From the NCBI GenBank assembly GCA_937140905.1, contig CAKZQO010000121.1, positions 1-49,677 of the forward strand: a stretch of 49,677 bases of DNA, in the 5' to 3' direction. This DNA comes from an uncultured Spirochaeta sp. (GTDB lineage: Bacteria; Spirochaetota; Spirochaetia; DTKZ01). Shown in pieces: positions 17,000 through 25,694 of the stretch. Numbering within the stretch: the first letter of the stretch is position 1; each line of letters opens with the position of its first letter. The notes below the pieces were generated by a model. That model was not told where the DNA came from, ran no database searches, and was given only the letters and a program-made list of their open reading frames with translations. The position numbers and the translations under genes are program-made.

Positions 17000-18004
17000 T
17001 TACTGTTTCAACATTCCGATTTCACCAAGTACGGCCTTGTAGTCCTCGTTGGTCTTATCCAAGAAAGCCATGAATTCCGGAGCGTCCATATAATTCTTGG
17101 TCCAGCTGTTTTGCCTACAAGCCGCATCCCACTCAGGGGTTTTTACCATTTCCGCTATAGTCTTTCGCCAATAGTTTACCGCATACTCTGGCATTTCAGG
17201 TGGCCCGAAGAGACCTCTCCAGTTACGGAATACCTCATTGATCCCCTGTTCCTTACAGGTTGGTATGTCTTTTAGGACCTCTGTGGTAACCCGTTCAGGC
17301 CCAGTTTGTGCTAATCCCCGAAGGTCTCCGCTCTGTAGAAGGCCCCGAACGTCACTGAGACCGGTGGAAAGAAGTTGAATGTGTCCCCCCAACACCTGGG
17401 CGGGGCCTGAACCTTCCTGGAAACTCACATACTTGATCTTCTTTAGATCCTTTACTCCCGCAGCCCTTGCCATGATAAGGAACTGGATATGATCCATGCT
17501 CCCCACAGCAGAAGTGCCACCGATTACCACGCTGGCGGGATCTTTTTTCAAGTCTTCCATCACTTGAGCGATGGAGGTGTACTTAGAGTTCTTTGCCACT
17601 ACGAAAGCACCGTAATCAGTAATGAGGGCGGCGATGGGAGTGGTATTCTTATAGCCATAGGGTGAAGATCCGTTCAGATTGATCAATAGAAGAGGAGGGC
17701 TGTAAACCGCTATTAGGTTATCCGCACCTTTCTTGGTCTGCATGTAGGCAAGGTTCACCCCACCACCCCCACCCGGCTTGTTCGTCACAGGGAGGGGAAC
17801 GGGAACGAGTTTCGTATCCGTCAAGACCTTAGCCACGGTGCGGATGGTCAAATCCCATCCCCCACCAGCTCCTGCGGGCGCGATCATATCGATCGGTTTC
17901 GTCGGGTACTTCGGAGCCTTCTCCCCTGCCCCTCCCCCAAAGAGGGAAGCTGAGGCAAAGCACACGAATCCCAGCAAAAAGACTGCTTTCACGCTTCGTT
18001 TCAT
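17000..18004 (-). CDS. tctC: Tripartite tricarboxylate transporter substrate-binding protein TctC (Bug family)
   Basis: Signal peptide 'MKRSVKAVFLLGFVCFASASLFG'. 'KPGGGGGVNLAY' is typical of Bug/TctC receptors. I prefer the ATG at 18004 (AAGGAGG RBS) over the track start at 18040. Confidence 0.88.
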   Translation of the reverse strand: MKRSVKAVFLLGFVCFASASLFGGGAGEKAPKYPTKPIDMIAPAGAGGGWDLTIRTVAKVLTDTKLVPVPLPVTNKPGGGGGVNLAYMQTKKGADNLIAVYSPPLLLINLNGSSPYGYKNTTPIAALITDYGAFVVAKNSKYTSIAQVMEDLKKDPASVVIGGTSAVGSMDHIQFLIMARAAGVKDLKKIKYVSFQEGSGPAQVLGGHIQLLSTGLSDVRGLLQSGDLRGLAQTGPERVTTEVLKDIPTCKEQGINEVFRNWRGLFGPPEMPEYAVNYWRKTIAEMVKTPEWDAACRQNSWTKNYMDAPEFMAFLDKTNEDYKAVLGEIGMLKQ

Positions 18005-18031
18005 GAAAGCCTCCTTATGTGTGAAATATGA

Positions 18032-18049
18032 ATACCCCACAAGGGGTAT
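18032..18049 (-). promoter_or_regulatory. Small hairpin between citF and tctC (possible attenuator or partial terminator)
   Basis: ATACCCC (18032-18038) pairs with GGGGTAT (18043-18049) across a 4-nt loop. The minus strand then reads UCAUAUUU. Confidence 0.35.
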
Positions 18050-18059
18050 GGGTTCCCAA

Positions 18060-19604
18060 TCAAGAATGAATCTCCCGAATCACATCGATGATCGTTCCAT
18101 CTCGATACTCTACTAGAGCGACGATCTTCTTCCCGAAGGGCAAAGGTTCGGGGGTTCCTGTAACTTTTTCCGCTTTTTTCTTCAACTCTTCGATGGTGTA
18201 TACGGGAAGACGGGCAAGCTTCAACTTCTCCAACACTTCTGGCCGTCGAGGATTGACTGCCACCCCATGGTCGGTCACTAGAACGTCTACTGTTTCTCCC
18301 GGTGTGATTACCGTGGTAACTTTGTCTATGACAGTAGGTGTGCGTCCCCGTACGAGGGGAGCCACGATGACCGAAAGCCCTGAACCAATGGCCGTGTCCG
18401 AATGCCCACCGGATGCCCCACGAATGATTCCATCGGATCCCGTTATCACATTCACGTTGAACTCTGTATCGATCTCCATCGCGCTTAGCACCACTACATT
18501 GAGTTTGTTCACCACGCATCCTTTGTTCAGGGGATTGGCATAGTAGGAGGCATCGATTTCTGTGTGATATCGATTCTCTCCAATGGAACGAACCGCTTCG
18601 AGATCGAAACTCTGCACGTCGAGTATTCGTTTGATAAGACCTTCTTCGTGCATCTTAACGATCTGGCTGGTGATCCCTCCGAGAGCGAAACTCGCCTTTA
18701 TGTTGCGTTCCAGCATCCTTTCACGGAGGAAACGGGTAACTGCCAAAGAGGCGCCTCCAGACCCTGTTTGCACAGAGAATCCATCCTCGAAATAACCCGA
18801 GGTTACGATCACCTGGGATGCCAATTCTGCGATTAAGAGCTCTCGAGGATCTCGGGTCATCCGGGTAGCACCTGTGGCGATTCCTTGGGGATCACCAATG
18901 GCATCCACGATCACGATGTAGTCCACTAGATCTTGATCGATACTGAAGGGAGTATTGGGATAATCTACTAGATTGTCCGTGATCAACACTACTTTCTTGG
19001 CGTGCCGGGCATCCACAATCGCGTAACCAAGGGATCCGCAGGCAGATTTACCAGAGAAGCCATTTGCGTTTCCATACAAATCGCAGGAGGGTACACCTAA
19101 AAACGCTACGTCGATGGATAGTTGTCCTGTTTCAATGGCTCGGGCTCTCCCGCCATGGGAATGAATCAATACCGGAGTGTCCATCAAGCCATGGGAGATC
19201 TCATCGGCCAATACACCTCGCAACCCACTCGTATAGATCCGCTTGATCACCCCTTTTCGGATGTGCTCCACCAACGGAGCATGGCAAGTAGTCAACGAGC
19301 TGGAAGCAAGAGTCAGGTTCTTGATTCCTAGGTTTGCGATGATGTCCATCACCATGTTCACTATATAGTCACCTTCGCGGAAATGATGATGGAAACTTAT
19401 TGTCATACCATCCTGTAAACCACACTTCAGAATCGCCTGTTCCAGCGTGTCCACGATTTTATTCAAGCGGGGAAGAGTACGAGAGCCCTTCTCTCTTCGC
19501 ACCAAGGGCGTGCGTGCGTAAGCCCCCTGGAAAGGCTCTAATTTCCCGATACCAGGAATCGTTTCTGGAACTTCCCTGCCGGCAGCATTGTTTACGAGCT
19601 TCAT
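18060..19604 (-). CDS. citF: Citrate lyase alpha subunit (citrate CoA-transferase)
   Basis: 514 aa. 'DGMTISFHHHFREGDYIVNMVMDIIANLGIKNLTLASSSL' is the classic CitF motif. ATGA overlap with the citE stop. Confidence 0.93.
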   Translation of the reverse strand: MKLVNNAAGREVPETIPGIGKLEPFQGAYARTPLVRREKGSRTLPRLNKIVDTLEQAILKCGLQDGMTISFHHHFREGDYIVNMVMDIIANLGIKNLTLASSSLTTCHAPLVEHIRKGVIKRIYTSGLRGVLADEISHGLMDTPVLIHSHGGRARAIETGQLSIDVAFLGVPSCDLYGNANGFSGKSACGSLGYAIVDARHAKKVVLITDNLVDYPNTPFSIDQDLVDYIVIVDAIGDPQGIATGATRMTRDPRELLIAELASQVIVTSGYFEDGFSVQTGSGGASLAVTRFLRERMLERNIKASFALGGITSQIVKMHEEGLIKRILDVQSFDLEAVRSIGENRYHTEIDASYYANPLNKGCVVNKLNVVVLSAMEIDTEFNVNVITGSDGIIRGASGGHSDTAIGSGLSVIVAPLVRGRTPTVIDKVTTVITPGETVDVLVTDHGVAVNPRRPEVLEKLKLARLPVYTIEELKKKAEKVTGTPEPLPFGKKIVALVEYRDGTIIDVIREIHS

Positions 19605-20491
19605 GGTTTCACCTCCTCCGGAACAACACCCGAGGCTTTTGCCAATTCGATGGTCCAGCGGGCTCGCTCCACTACTGGTTTGTCGATCATCCTGCCATCC
19701 AGGGCAATGACTCCTGATCCCTTGGATTCCGCCTCCCGTATCGCTTCCAATACTCGTAAGGCCTTATGGATTTCTTCCTCCGTTGGAGTGTACACACGAT
19801 GAACGAGTTTGATCTGATTTGGTTGGATCACTGACTTACCATCGAAACCGAGTTGCTTTATCAACCGAACCTCCGCGAGAAAACCTTCCTCATCCTGCAC
19901 GTTGGAATACACGGTGTCGATGGCATTGATTCCGGCCACTCTAGCCGCGTACAGCACTTGACTGCGGGCATAGTGCAGCTCAATTCCATCTTTGGAACGG
20001 GTAGTCCGTAAGCTAGTCACAAGATCCTCTGCTCCAAGGGCTATCCCCAAAAGGCGGCTAGAGGAACAGGCTATTTCTCTTGCATTCAGTACCCCGAGGG
20101 GAGTTTCGATGGCTGCGAATAATTTGATCGTTCCTATGGGGAGGCCGATCTTTCTTTCCACCCGTTCGATCTCCGTTTCCACATCTGCAACGTCCTGTGC
20201 TTTTTCCGTTTTTGGTATCCGAATGATGTTGGGACGGGCCCGAACCATCGCTTCAATATCATCCTTACCGTACGGTGTATCCAATCCATTGATTCGGACT
20301 GCTGTTTCTACTCCACCGTAATCGATCGTCCGAAGAGTCTGGTATACCAAAAACCTAGCTGCATCCTTCTCCCGATAGGAAACGGAATCCTCCAAATCGA
20401 ACATCACCGTGTCCGGTCTGTAGATATGGGCATCCTTTACCATGGCGGCACTATTGCCGGGGACGTACAACATCGTCCTTCGTAATTTCAT
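19601..20491 (-). CDS. citE: Citrate lyase beta subunit (citryl-CoA lyase)
   Basis: 'RRTMLYVPGN...MFDLEDSV' HpcH/CitE motif. I prefer the ATG at 20491 (GGAGG RBS, ATGA overlap with the citD stop). Confidence 0.9.
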   Translation of the reverse strand: MKLRRTMLYVPGNSAAMVKDAHIYRPDTVMFDLEDSVSYREKDAARFLVYQTLRTIDYGGVETAVRINGLDTPYGKDDIEAMVRARPNIIRIPKTEKAQDVADVETEIERVERKIGLPIGTIKLFAAIETPLGVLNAREIACSSSRLLGIALGAEDLVTSLRTTRSKDGIELHYARSQVLYAARVAGINAIDTVYSNVQDEEGFLAEVRLIKQLGFDGKSVIQPNQIKLVHRVYTPTEEEIHKALRVLEAIREAESKGSGVIALDGRMIDKPVVERARWTIELAKASGVVPEEVKP

Positions 20492-20784
20492 TCCAATTCC
20501 TCCCATGGATACTTTTCTATCCCTGCTGCCCGAAACACGGCAGCCGTAAGACGAGCCCGGATCGTGCAGTCCAAAGCACTACGATCCTGCACACGAACCT
20601 TCACATCCTCAACCTGTAGTTTTTTCAAGGTTTCTTTAATGACTTCTCGAATACGGTTTCCAAATCGAGCTTCTGAGATACTCTCCAGTTCAATGACAAC
20701 CCCTTTCGCGGGATTACGTTCCACGGTAATCAACACATCACTGGATTCGAGAGTCCCAGCGGATCCTGAGTGTAATATTCTCAT
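20488..20784 (-). CDS. citD: Citrate lyase gamma subunit (acyl carrier protein)
   Basis: 98 aa. 'SGSAGTLESSDVLITVE' contains the prosthetic-group Ser. Confidence 0.9.
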   Translation of the reverse strand: MRILHSGSAGTLESSDVLITVERNPAKGVVIELESISEARFGNRIREVIKETLKKLQVEDVKVRVQDRSALDCTIRARLTAAVFRAAGIEKYPWEELE

Positions 20785-20796
20785 ACCCTTCCCTTC

Positions 20797-21840
20797 CTAA
20801 TGACGAGAATTAGGTTGCTTCTTAAGCCGATCAATGATCGGGCGGGCTTCCTTGCTTCGCAAGAAATCAAACGTGGTAGGTGGGACCAGCACTTTCACTT
20901 CATCCCATCGTTCGTTAGCTAGTAATTTTCGAACCGTAGAAGCACTGACAGCACTCCCTCCTTTTTCCAATCGAGGGATGATTTCTAGCTGTACACCATA
21001 CTGGGGAAGTATTTCCTGGAGGCATTGATTATAGATCGAAGTCACGGGGCAGTACGGTTCCTCACCTACGAACCTGTGAGTAATGTTGAGCACAGGACAG
21101 ATACGCTTCCCAAAGATCGTAGCATCGAATCTTCCATACAGACGGGTGCCTTCTCCAGGTTCCTTCATGAAATAGGAGGGAAAGGTAGCTGAAGAAATTA
21201 CGTATGAACCACCTCTATGGAGGATAATATTTTTAATGTCCCGGATTCCTTCCTGCACTAGTCTAAACCGAACCTCCGTTGGAAACACGGATCGATCCTC
21301 TTCCACTACGAACACATGGAGGGTATTCACACGGGAGGCGGCATACTCCAATAGGTACCTGTGTCCAAGGGTGAAAGGATTACAATTCACCACCACGGAG
21401 CCCGACACGCCCTCTTCGACTCGATGCTCCCTTAAAGAAACCAAATAATGGACAAATCCATTTGCCCAGTTTTCCAATAAGACCAGTTCCTTACCTAACC
21501 GTTCTACTGGACTGAATCCTAAGGGAGTAAACAATTTTTCATTATCTGGTCGGGTAAAGATAAACAGGTGTTTCCTCCCCCGCCGGAATGCTTCGTTTAC
21601 CAATTCGGATAGAATCTGTGAAGCTACCCCCTGTCCCTGGAGTGCGGGTTCCACAGCGATACACTTCAGGACTTTCCCAGAAAGGCTTCCCGTACCAATA
21701 ACTCGCTCTCCTTCCACGGCAATTACCGTGTACTCCACATCTTCCTCGAGTCGGAGTCCTTGTTTTTGGAGAAAGGTTTCAACCATCCGCCTATCCACAG
21801 GAAGAGACAAAAGGATTTCTCGCACTTCCATCATCCACAA
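20797..21840 (-). CDS. citC: [Citrate (pro-3S)-lyase] ligase
   Basis: 347 aa with an N-terminal GNAT-like region and a cytidylyltransferase-like 'NCNPFTLGHRYLLE'. The track start at 21840 is TTG. ATG codons at 21834/21831 are alternative starts. Confidence 0.88.
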   Translation of the reverse strand: MWMMEVREILLSLPVDRRMVETFLQKQGLRLEEDVEYTVIAVEGERVIGTGSLSGKVLKCIAVEPALQGQGVASQILSELVNEAFRRGRKHLFIFTRPDNEKLFTPLGFSPVERLGKELVLLENWANGFVHYLVSLREHRVEEGVSGSVVVNCNPFTLGHRYLLEYAASRVNTLHVFVVEEDRSVFPTEVRFRLVQEGIRDIKNIILHRGGSYVISSATFPSYFMKEPGEGTRLYGRFDATIFGKRICPVLNITHRFVGEEPYCPVTSIYNQCLQEILPQYGVQLEIIPRLEKGGSAVSASTVRKLLANERWDEVKVLVPPTTFDFLRSKEARPIIDRLKKQPNSRH

Positions 21841-21920
21841 GGATGAGATAAGTCAGTTGAGCTGTATGTAAGAAGTCTTTGCCACTGTATGTCGGGATTT
21901 GTCCTACAGGGGAATGCGGC

Positions 21921-22553
21921 CTAACGGATCAACCCATGTTTGAAAGCGTACTGGGTAAGTTCCGCGTTCGTCTTTAAGCCCATCTTTTCCAATAGACGCG
22001 CCCGATAGGTGCTAACTGTTTTAACGCTCAACGAAAGTTTCCCGGCTATTTCCGAAGGCGTTTTGCCCGAGGCTAGAAGAATAAATACCTGATACTCCCT
22101 ATCCGAAAGGAACTGGTGAGGTAGTTCTCCCTTTGTGCGTTTCAGATCCTTCAATAACAGTTCTTCCACTACAGGAGTAATATAGGTTCCGCCAGCCGCC
22201 AGTCGACGAATCGCAGCCACCAGTTCCTCAGGGGCCGATGCTTTGTTGAGACACCCCGATGCACCACTCCTTAACGCTCGAATCGCGTACTGCTCTTCGG
22301 GCTGGATACTGAGAATCAGCACGGGAAGAGCGGGGTACTGATGCTTCAGATCTTTCAGCAACTCCAGCCCATCTTTTCCCGGTAAGGAAATATCCAGGAC
22401 CACCACGTCGTACGTCCCTTTCCGAAGGAGACTCATCAGTTCTTCCCCGTCCCCCGCTTCATCCACCTTCTCAATGTATAGACTTTCGCCCAGTATCTGT
22501 TTTAACCCTTTTCGTATTAAGGGATGGTCGTCGGCGATCACAATTTTAAGCAT
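21921..22553 (-). CDS. NarL/LuxR-family response regulator
   Basis: 210 aa. REC domain ('IVIADDHPL', 'VVVLDISLPG') plus a C-terminal LuxR HTH ('LSDREYQVFILLASGKTPSEIAGKLSLSVKTVSTYR'). Confidence 0.9.
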   Translation of the reverse strand: MLKIVIADDHPLIRKGLKQILGESLYIEKVDEAGDGEELMSLLRKGTYDVVVLDISLPGKDGLELLKDLKHQYPALPVLILSIQPEEQYAIRALRSGASGCLNKASAPEELVAAIRRLAAGGTYITPVVEELLLKDLKRTKGELPHQFLSDREYQVFILLASGKTPSEIAGKLSLSVKTVSTYRARLLEKMGLKTNAELTQYAFKHGLIR

Positions 22554-25500
22554 GGGGGACCTCCAGGGGGATCGTTATTATAATCTTTGTCCCCTTCGAT
22601 CCATTGATTTCCACTGACCCGCCCAAGTAGGAGCAACGTTCTTGGATGCCAATGATTCCAAAAGACTCCTCATTTTCTATCTCTTCGGGTCGTATGCCCC
22701 TGCCATTATCTATCACTTGCAGTTTCAGTTTCCCGTTATCCTTTTCCAACGATACTGCCACCCAGGTCGCATGGGCGTGCTTCAGAATATTAGTTAAAAT
22801 CTCTTGGAAGATCCGGAAGAGGTTTCTAGCTACCTCCGGAGGCACATCCAACGATTCCGAAGGAAGGGAAAGAGAGACATCGATTCCAGAATGTTTCTTG
22901 AAATCTTGAACTTGCCACCGTAGGGCCTCCAAGAAATTGAAATGGTCCAAGACTTGGGGACGTAATCGGGTAGTAATCTCCTTAACGCTCTTCATCGCTT
23001 CTTCCACTACTTCCAACATGCCTTGTAATTTCTCTTCAAGAACCTTCTGTTCCATTCCAAGATGACTTCGTACCCAGTACGTGTCCATCTTCAAAACTGC
23101 CAGGTACTGTCCCAACCCGTCATGGATTTCCCGAGCCGCGTGTTTCCGCTCCTCTTCCCGGACATCCTGTATATGCATGGAAAAGCGCCTAAGTTGGGCG
23201 GTTTTCTGTTCCAATTTAAAGGTTCTATATCGGTACAGGCTCCATCCACTAATAAGCAGAGAACCTAGTGCTAGAATCCGAAACAGGGGAGTTTCCCAAA
23301 AGGGAGGATGAACCACGATATCCAGGAAGGTTTCTTCAGTATTCCATACACCCTGATGGTTGGCCCCCTTCACTCGCAGGGTGTACCTACCCGGTCTCAG
23401 GGCTGTTACTAGCGCATTGTTCCTCGAACCTAGGAATAACCAATCCTCATGGAGCCCCTCGATTTTCATCGCATACTGGTTTCTCTCCGGATCCGCATAA
23501 TCCAGAACAGCGAAATGGAAGGAAAGTACCGAATCTTTCCAGGAGAGTTCCAGCCGATTACTTAGAGGAACAGGCGACTGAAGGGCCATGTATCCATGGA
23601 TCTTTTTTCCTACCGGGACCGGCTCGTCGAATAAGAGAATCTGAGTAATGCGGACAGGTGCAGGGGAATAGCGGACCCGTATCTTCCTAGGTGAAAAATA
23701 ACTGATTCCCCGTGGCCCCCCAAAGAACAACGTACCATCTTTGCCTCTGCCAAAGGATTTCTGGGAAAACTCATTCTTCTGCAAGCCATCGGGTTCACTG
23801 AAGTTTAAGATCGATCCTGATCTTGGGTCATACCGGGAAAGACCTCCCTCGGTACTGATCCAGAGGAATCCTTCCTCATCTTCCTGTATTCCGAACACAT
23901 TGTCTCCCGAAAGCCCCTGTTTCTTCGTAATATGAGAAAACAACCCTGTATTCCCATACATCCGGTTCAGTCCTCCCCCTGAAGTCCCTATCCAAAGGGT
24001 TCCAGTAGAGTCTTCGAAGATGCAGTTCACACTGTTGTCCCCTAGACTGGATGGGTCTGCGGGTATGCGCTTGTATTGAATGAAGTTATCCGATTCAGGC
24101 CTATACTGTGAAAGCCCTCCATCCCAGGTCCCTATCCACAGAGTCCCTTTCGAATCTTCCAGAATAGCCCTAACAGAGTTGCCATTCAGACTGGATGGGT
24201 TTCCGGGGACAGAGCGATACCGAACAAACGAACGTGTTCCCGGTACCCATCTGGACAATCCCCCTAGCTCGGTACCTACCCAGAGGGTTCCCCTAGAATC
24301 CACAAATACGGCCCACACATTGTTGCTTCCAATTGAGTGAGGATCTTTCGGATCGTGGAGAAACCGTTCGAACCTTTCCTTACCTCGGCGCAATACATTC
24401 AACCCGCCCCCATCCGTTCCTACCCAGAGGTTCCCTTCTCGATCCTCCACGATGCTATATACGAAATTGCTACTTAGACTATGGGGATCTTCTGGTTTGG
24501 CAGTGTAAGCGAGAACCTGTCCAGTGACAGGGTTCCATCTATGAAGCCCTCCTCCATCCGTACCAAACCAGACGATTCCCGAGGAGTCGGTGTAGATCTG
24601 CCTAGGGGTATATTCCGTAGGAAGGAATTGAAAGTCTACCGATAAAGGATTGTACCGATTGATCCCCGCGTCTCTGGTGCCTACCCAAATGAGGCCTCCC
24701 CGATCCTTATAGAGGCACCGAATCCAATTCCCAGTTAATCCCCTAGGATCATCCGATTTCTTTATCCAGGTAATATTCCTCGAGTGCAGATCGTACACGG
24801 CGATTCCATCTGAATCGGTTCCCAACCAAATTCTTCCATTGTCGTCTTCCATGATTGCCCGGACGGTCGTGTTGGTGAGAGGATTCTCGAAGGAACTTGC
24901 CTGGGGATACCGTACGAACACACCACGCTGCTCGGTGCCTACCCATAGATTCCCTTTGGAATCTTCAAAAAGGGCTCGTACCGTGAGTCCATCGAGGACG
25001 CAATCGAATCTATCCGTGTCTCGGATATACCTGGCCAACCCTCCCCCCGCAGTTCCTACCCATACATTCCCCTCCTTATCTTCTATGAGGCATCGAACAG
25101 TATCGCTAGGCAATGATCCAGGAGTCGTTCCCCTCCTATAATGATAGAATCGATCCCGCACCCGATCGTATCGATCTAGGCCATTTCCCCCCGTTCCCAC
25201 CCACAACCAGCCCATCCGGTCTTCTAGAAGGGAAAACACTTGATCACTGGAAAGACTCATCGGATTGTTTGGATCATGCCGGTAGGTATGGAATTCCTCC
25301 GTTTCCCGATCGAACCGATTCAGCCCTCCCCCATCCGTTCCAATCCACAGATCCCCAAAGGAATCTTCCCATAGGGAAAAGATGACCGATGCGGAAAGGC
25401 TATGGGGGTTTTCTGGCTCTGGACGATAGACCGTAATACTTCGTCCATCGTAGCGACTCAATCCACTAAAAGTGCCGAACCACATGAACCCATACCTGTC

Positions 25501-25629
25501 TTGCACCATACAGAACACTGAATTACTGGAAAGACCTTCCTCCATGGAAAGATGGGTAAACCGGTAGGAATCTGCCTGTGCTTCTAGGGGAAGAAAGAAA
25601 AGAAGGAACCATCCTATCAAGAGGAACAT
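22546..25629 (-). CDS. Sensor histidine kinase with a periplasmic two-component-regulator propeller / Y_Y_Y domain
   Basis: 1027 aa. Signal peptide, many repeats of the 'G.LW(V/I)GT..GGL.RY' blade motif, a TM segment 'LFRILALGSLLISGWSLY', a HisKA_3-like 'AAREIHDGLGQ' and an HATPase 'DNGRGI...GIIGIQER'. Overlaps the regulator gene by 8 nt. Confidence 0.88.
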   Translation of the reverse strand: MFLLIGWFLLFFLPLEAQADSYRFTHLSMEEGLSSNSVFCMVQDRYGFMWFGTFSGLSRYDGRSITVYRPEPENPHSLSASVIFSLWEDSFGDLWIGTDGGGLNRFDRETEEFHTYRHDPNNPMSLSSDQVFSLLEDRMGWLWVGTGGNGLDRYDRVRDRFYHYRRGTTPGSLPSDTVRCLIEDKEGNVWVGTAGGGLARYIRDTDRFDCVLDGLTVRALFEDSKGNLWVGTEQRGVFVRYPQASSFENPLTNTTVRAIMEDDNGRIWLGTDSDGIAVYDLHSRNITWIKKSDDPRGLTGNWIRCLYKDRGGLIWVGTRDAGINRYNPLSVDFQFLPTEYTPRQIYTDSSGIVWFGTDGGGLHRWNPVTGQVLAYTAKPEDPHSLSSNFVYSIVEDREGNLWVGTDGGGLNVLRRGKERFERFLHDPKDPHSIGSNNVWAVFVDSRGTLWVGTELGGLSRWVPGTRSFVRYRSVPGNPSSLNGNSVRAILEDSKGTLWIGTWDGGLSQYRPESDNFIQYKRIPADPSSLGDNSVNCIFEDSTGTLWIGTSGGGLNRMYGNTGLFSHITKKQGLSGDNVFGIQEDEEGFLWISTEGGLSRYDPRSGSILNFSEPDGLQKNEFSQKSFGRGKDGTLFFGGPRGISYFSPRKIRVRYSPAPVRITQILLFDEPVPVGKKIHGYMALQSPVPLSNRLELSWKDSVLSFHFAVLDYADPERNQYAMKIEGLHEDWLFLGSRNNALVTALRPGRYTLRVKGANHQGVWNTEETFLDIVVHPPFWETPLFRILALGSLLISGWSLYRYRTFKLEQKTAQLRRFSMHIQDVREEERKHAAREIHDGLGQYLAVLKMDTYWVRSHLGMEQKVLEEKLQGMLEVVEEAMKSVKEITTRLRPQVLDHFNFLEALRWQVQDFKKHSGIDVSLSLPSESLDVPPEVARNLFRIFQEILTNILKHAHATWVAVSLEKDNGKLKLQVIDNGRGIRPEEIENEESFGIIGIQERCSYLGGSVEINGSKGTKIIITIPLEVPHA

Positions 25630-25694
25630 ACCGTACTGTATGTCTTAGATCCTCCCTGTTGTCAAGGAAAGAAAGGCGCTATAAGATACATCCC

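Noticed and set aside
18001-18519. 172-aa minus-strand ORF rich in Arg/Gly/His that overlaps citF
   Set aside because: It is an alternative frame of the strongly supported citF gene, with a composition typical of an off-frame translation.
25578-25694. N-terminal 39-aa extension of the argA ORF
   Set aside because: It would overlap the start of the divergent histidine kinase gene and has no homology-like features. The amino-acid-kinase domain begins right after the ATG at 25695.
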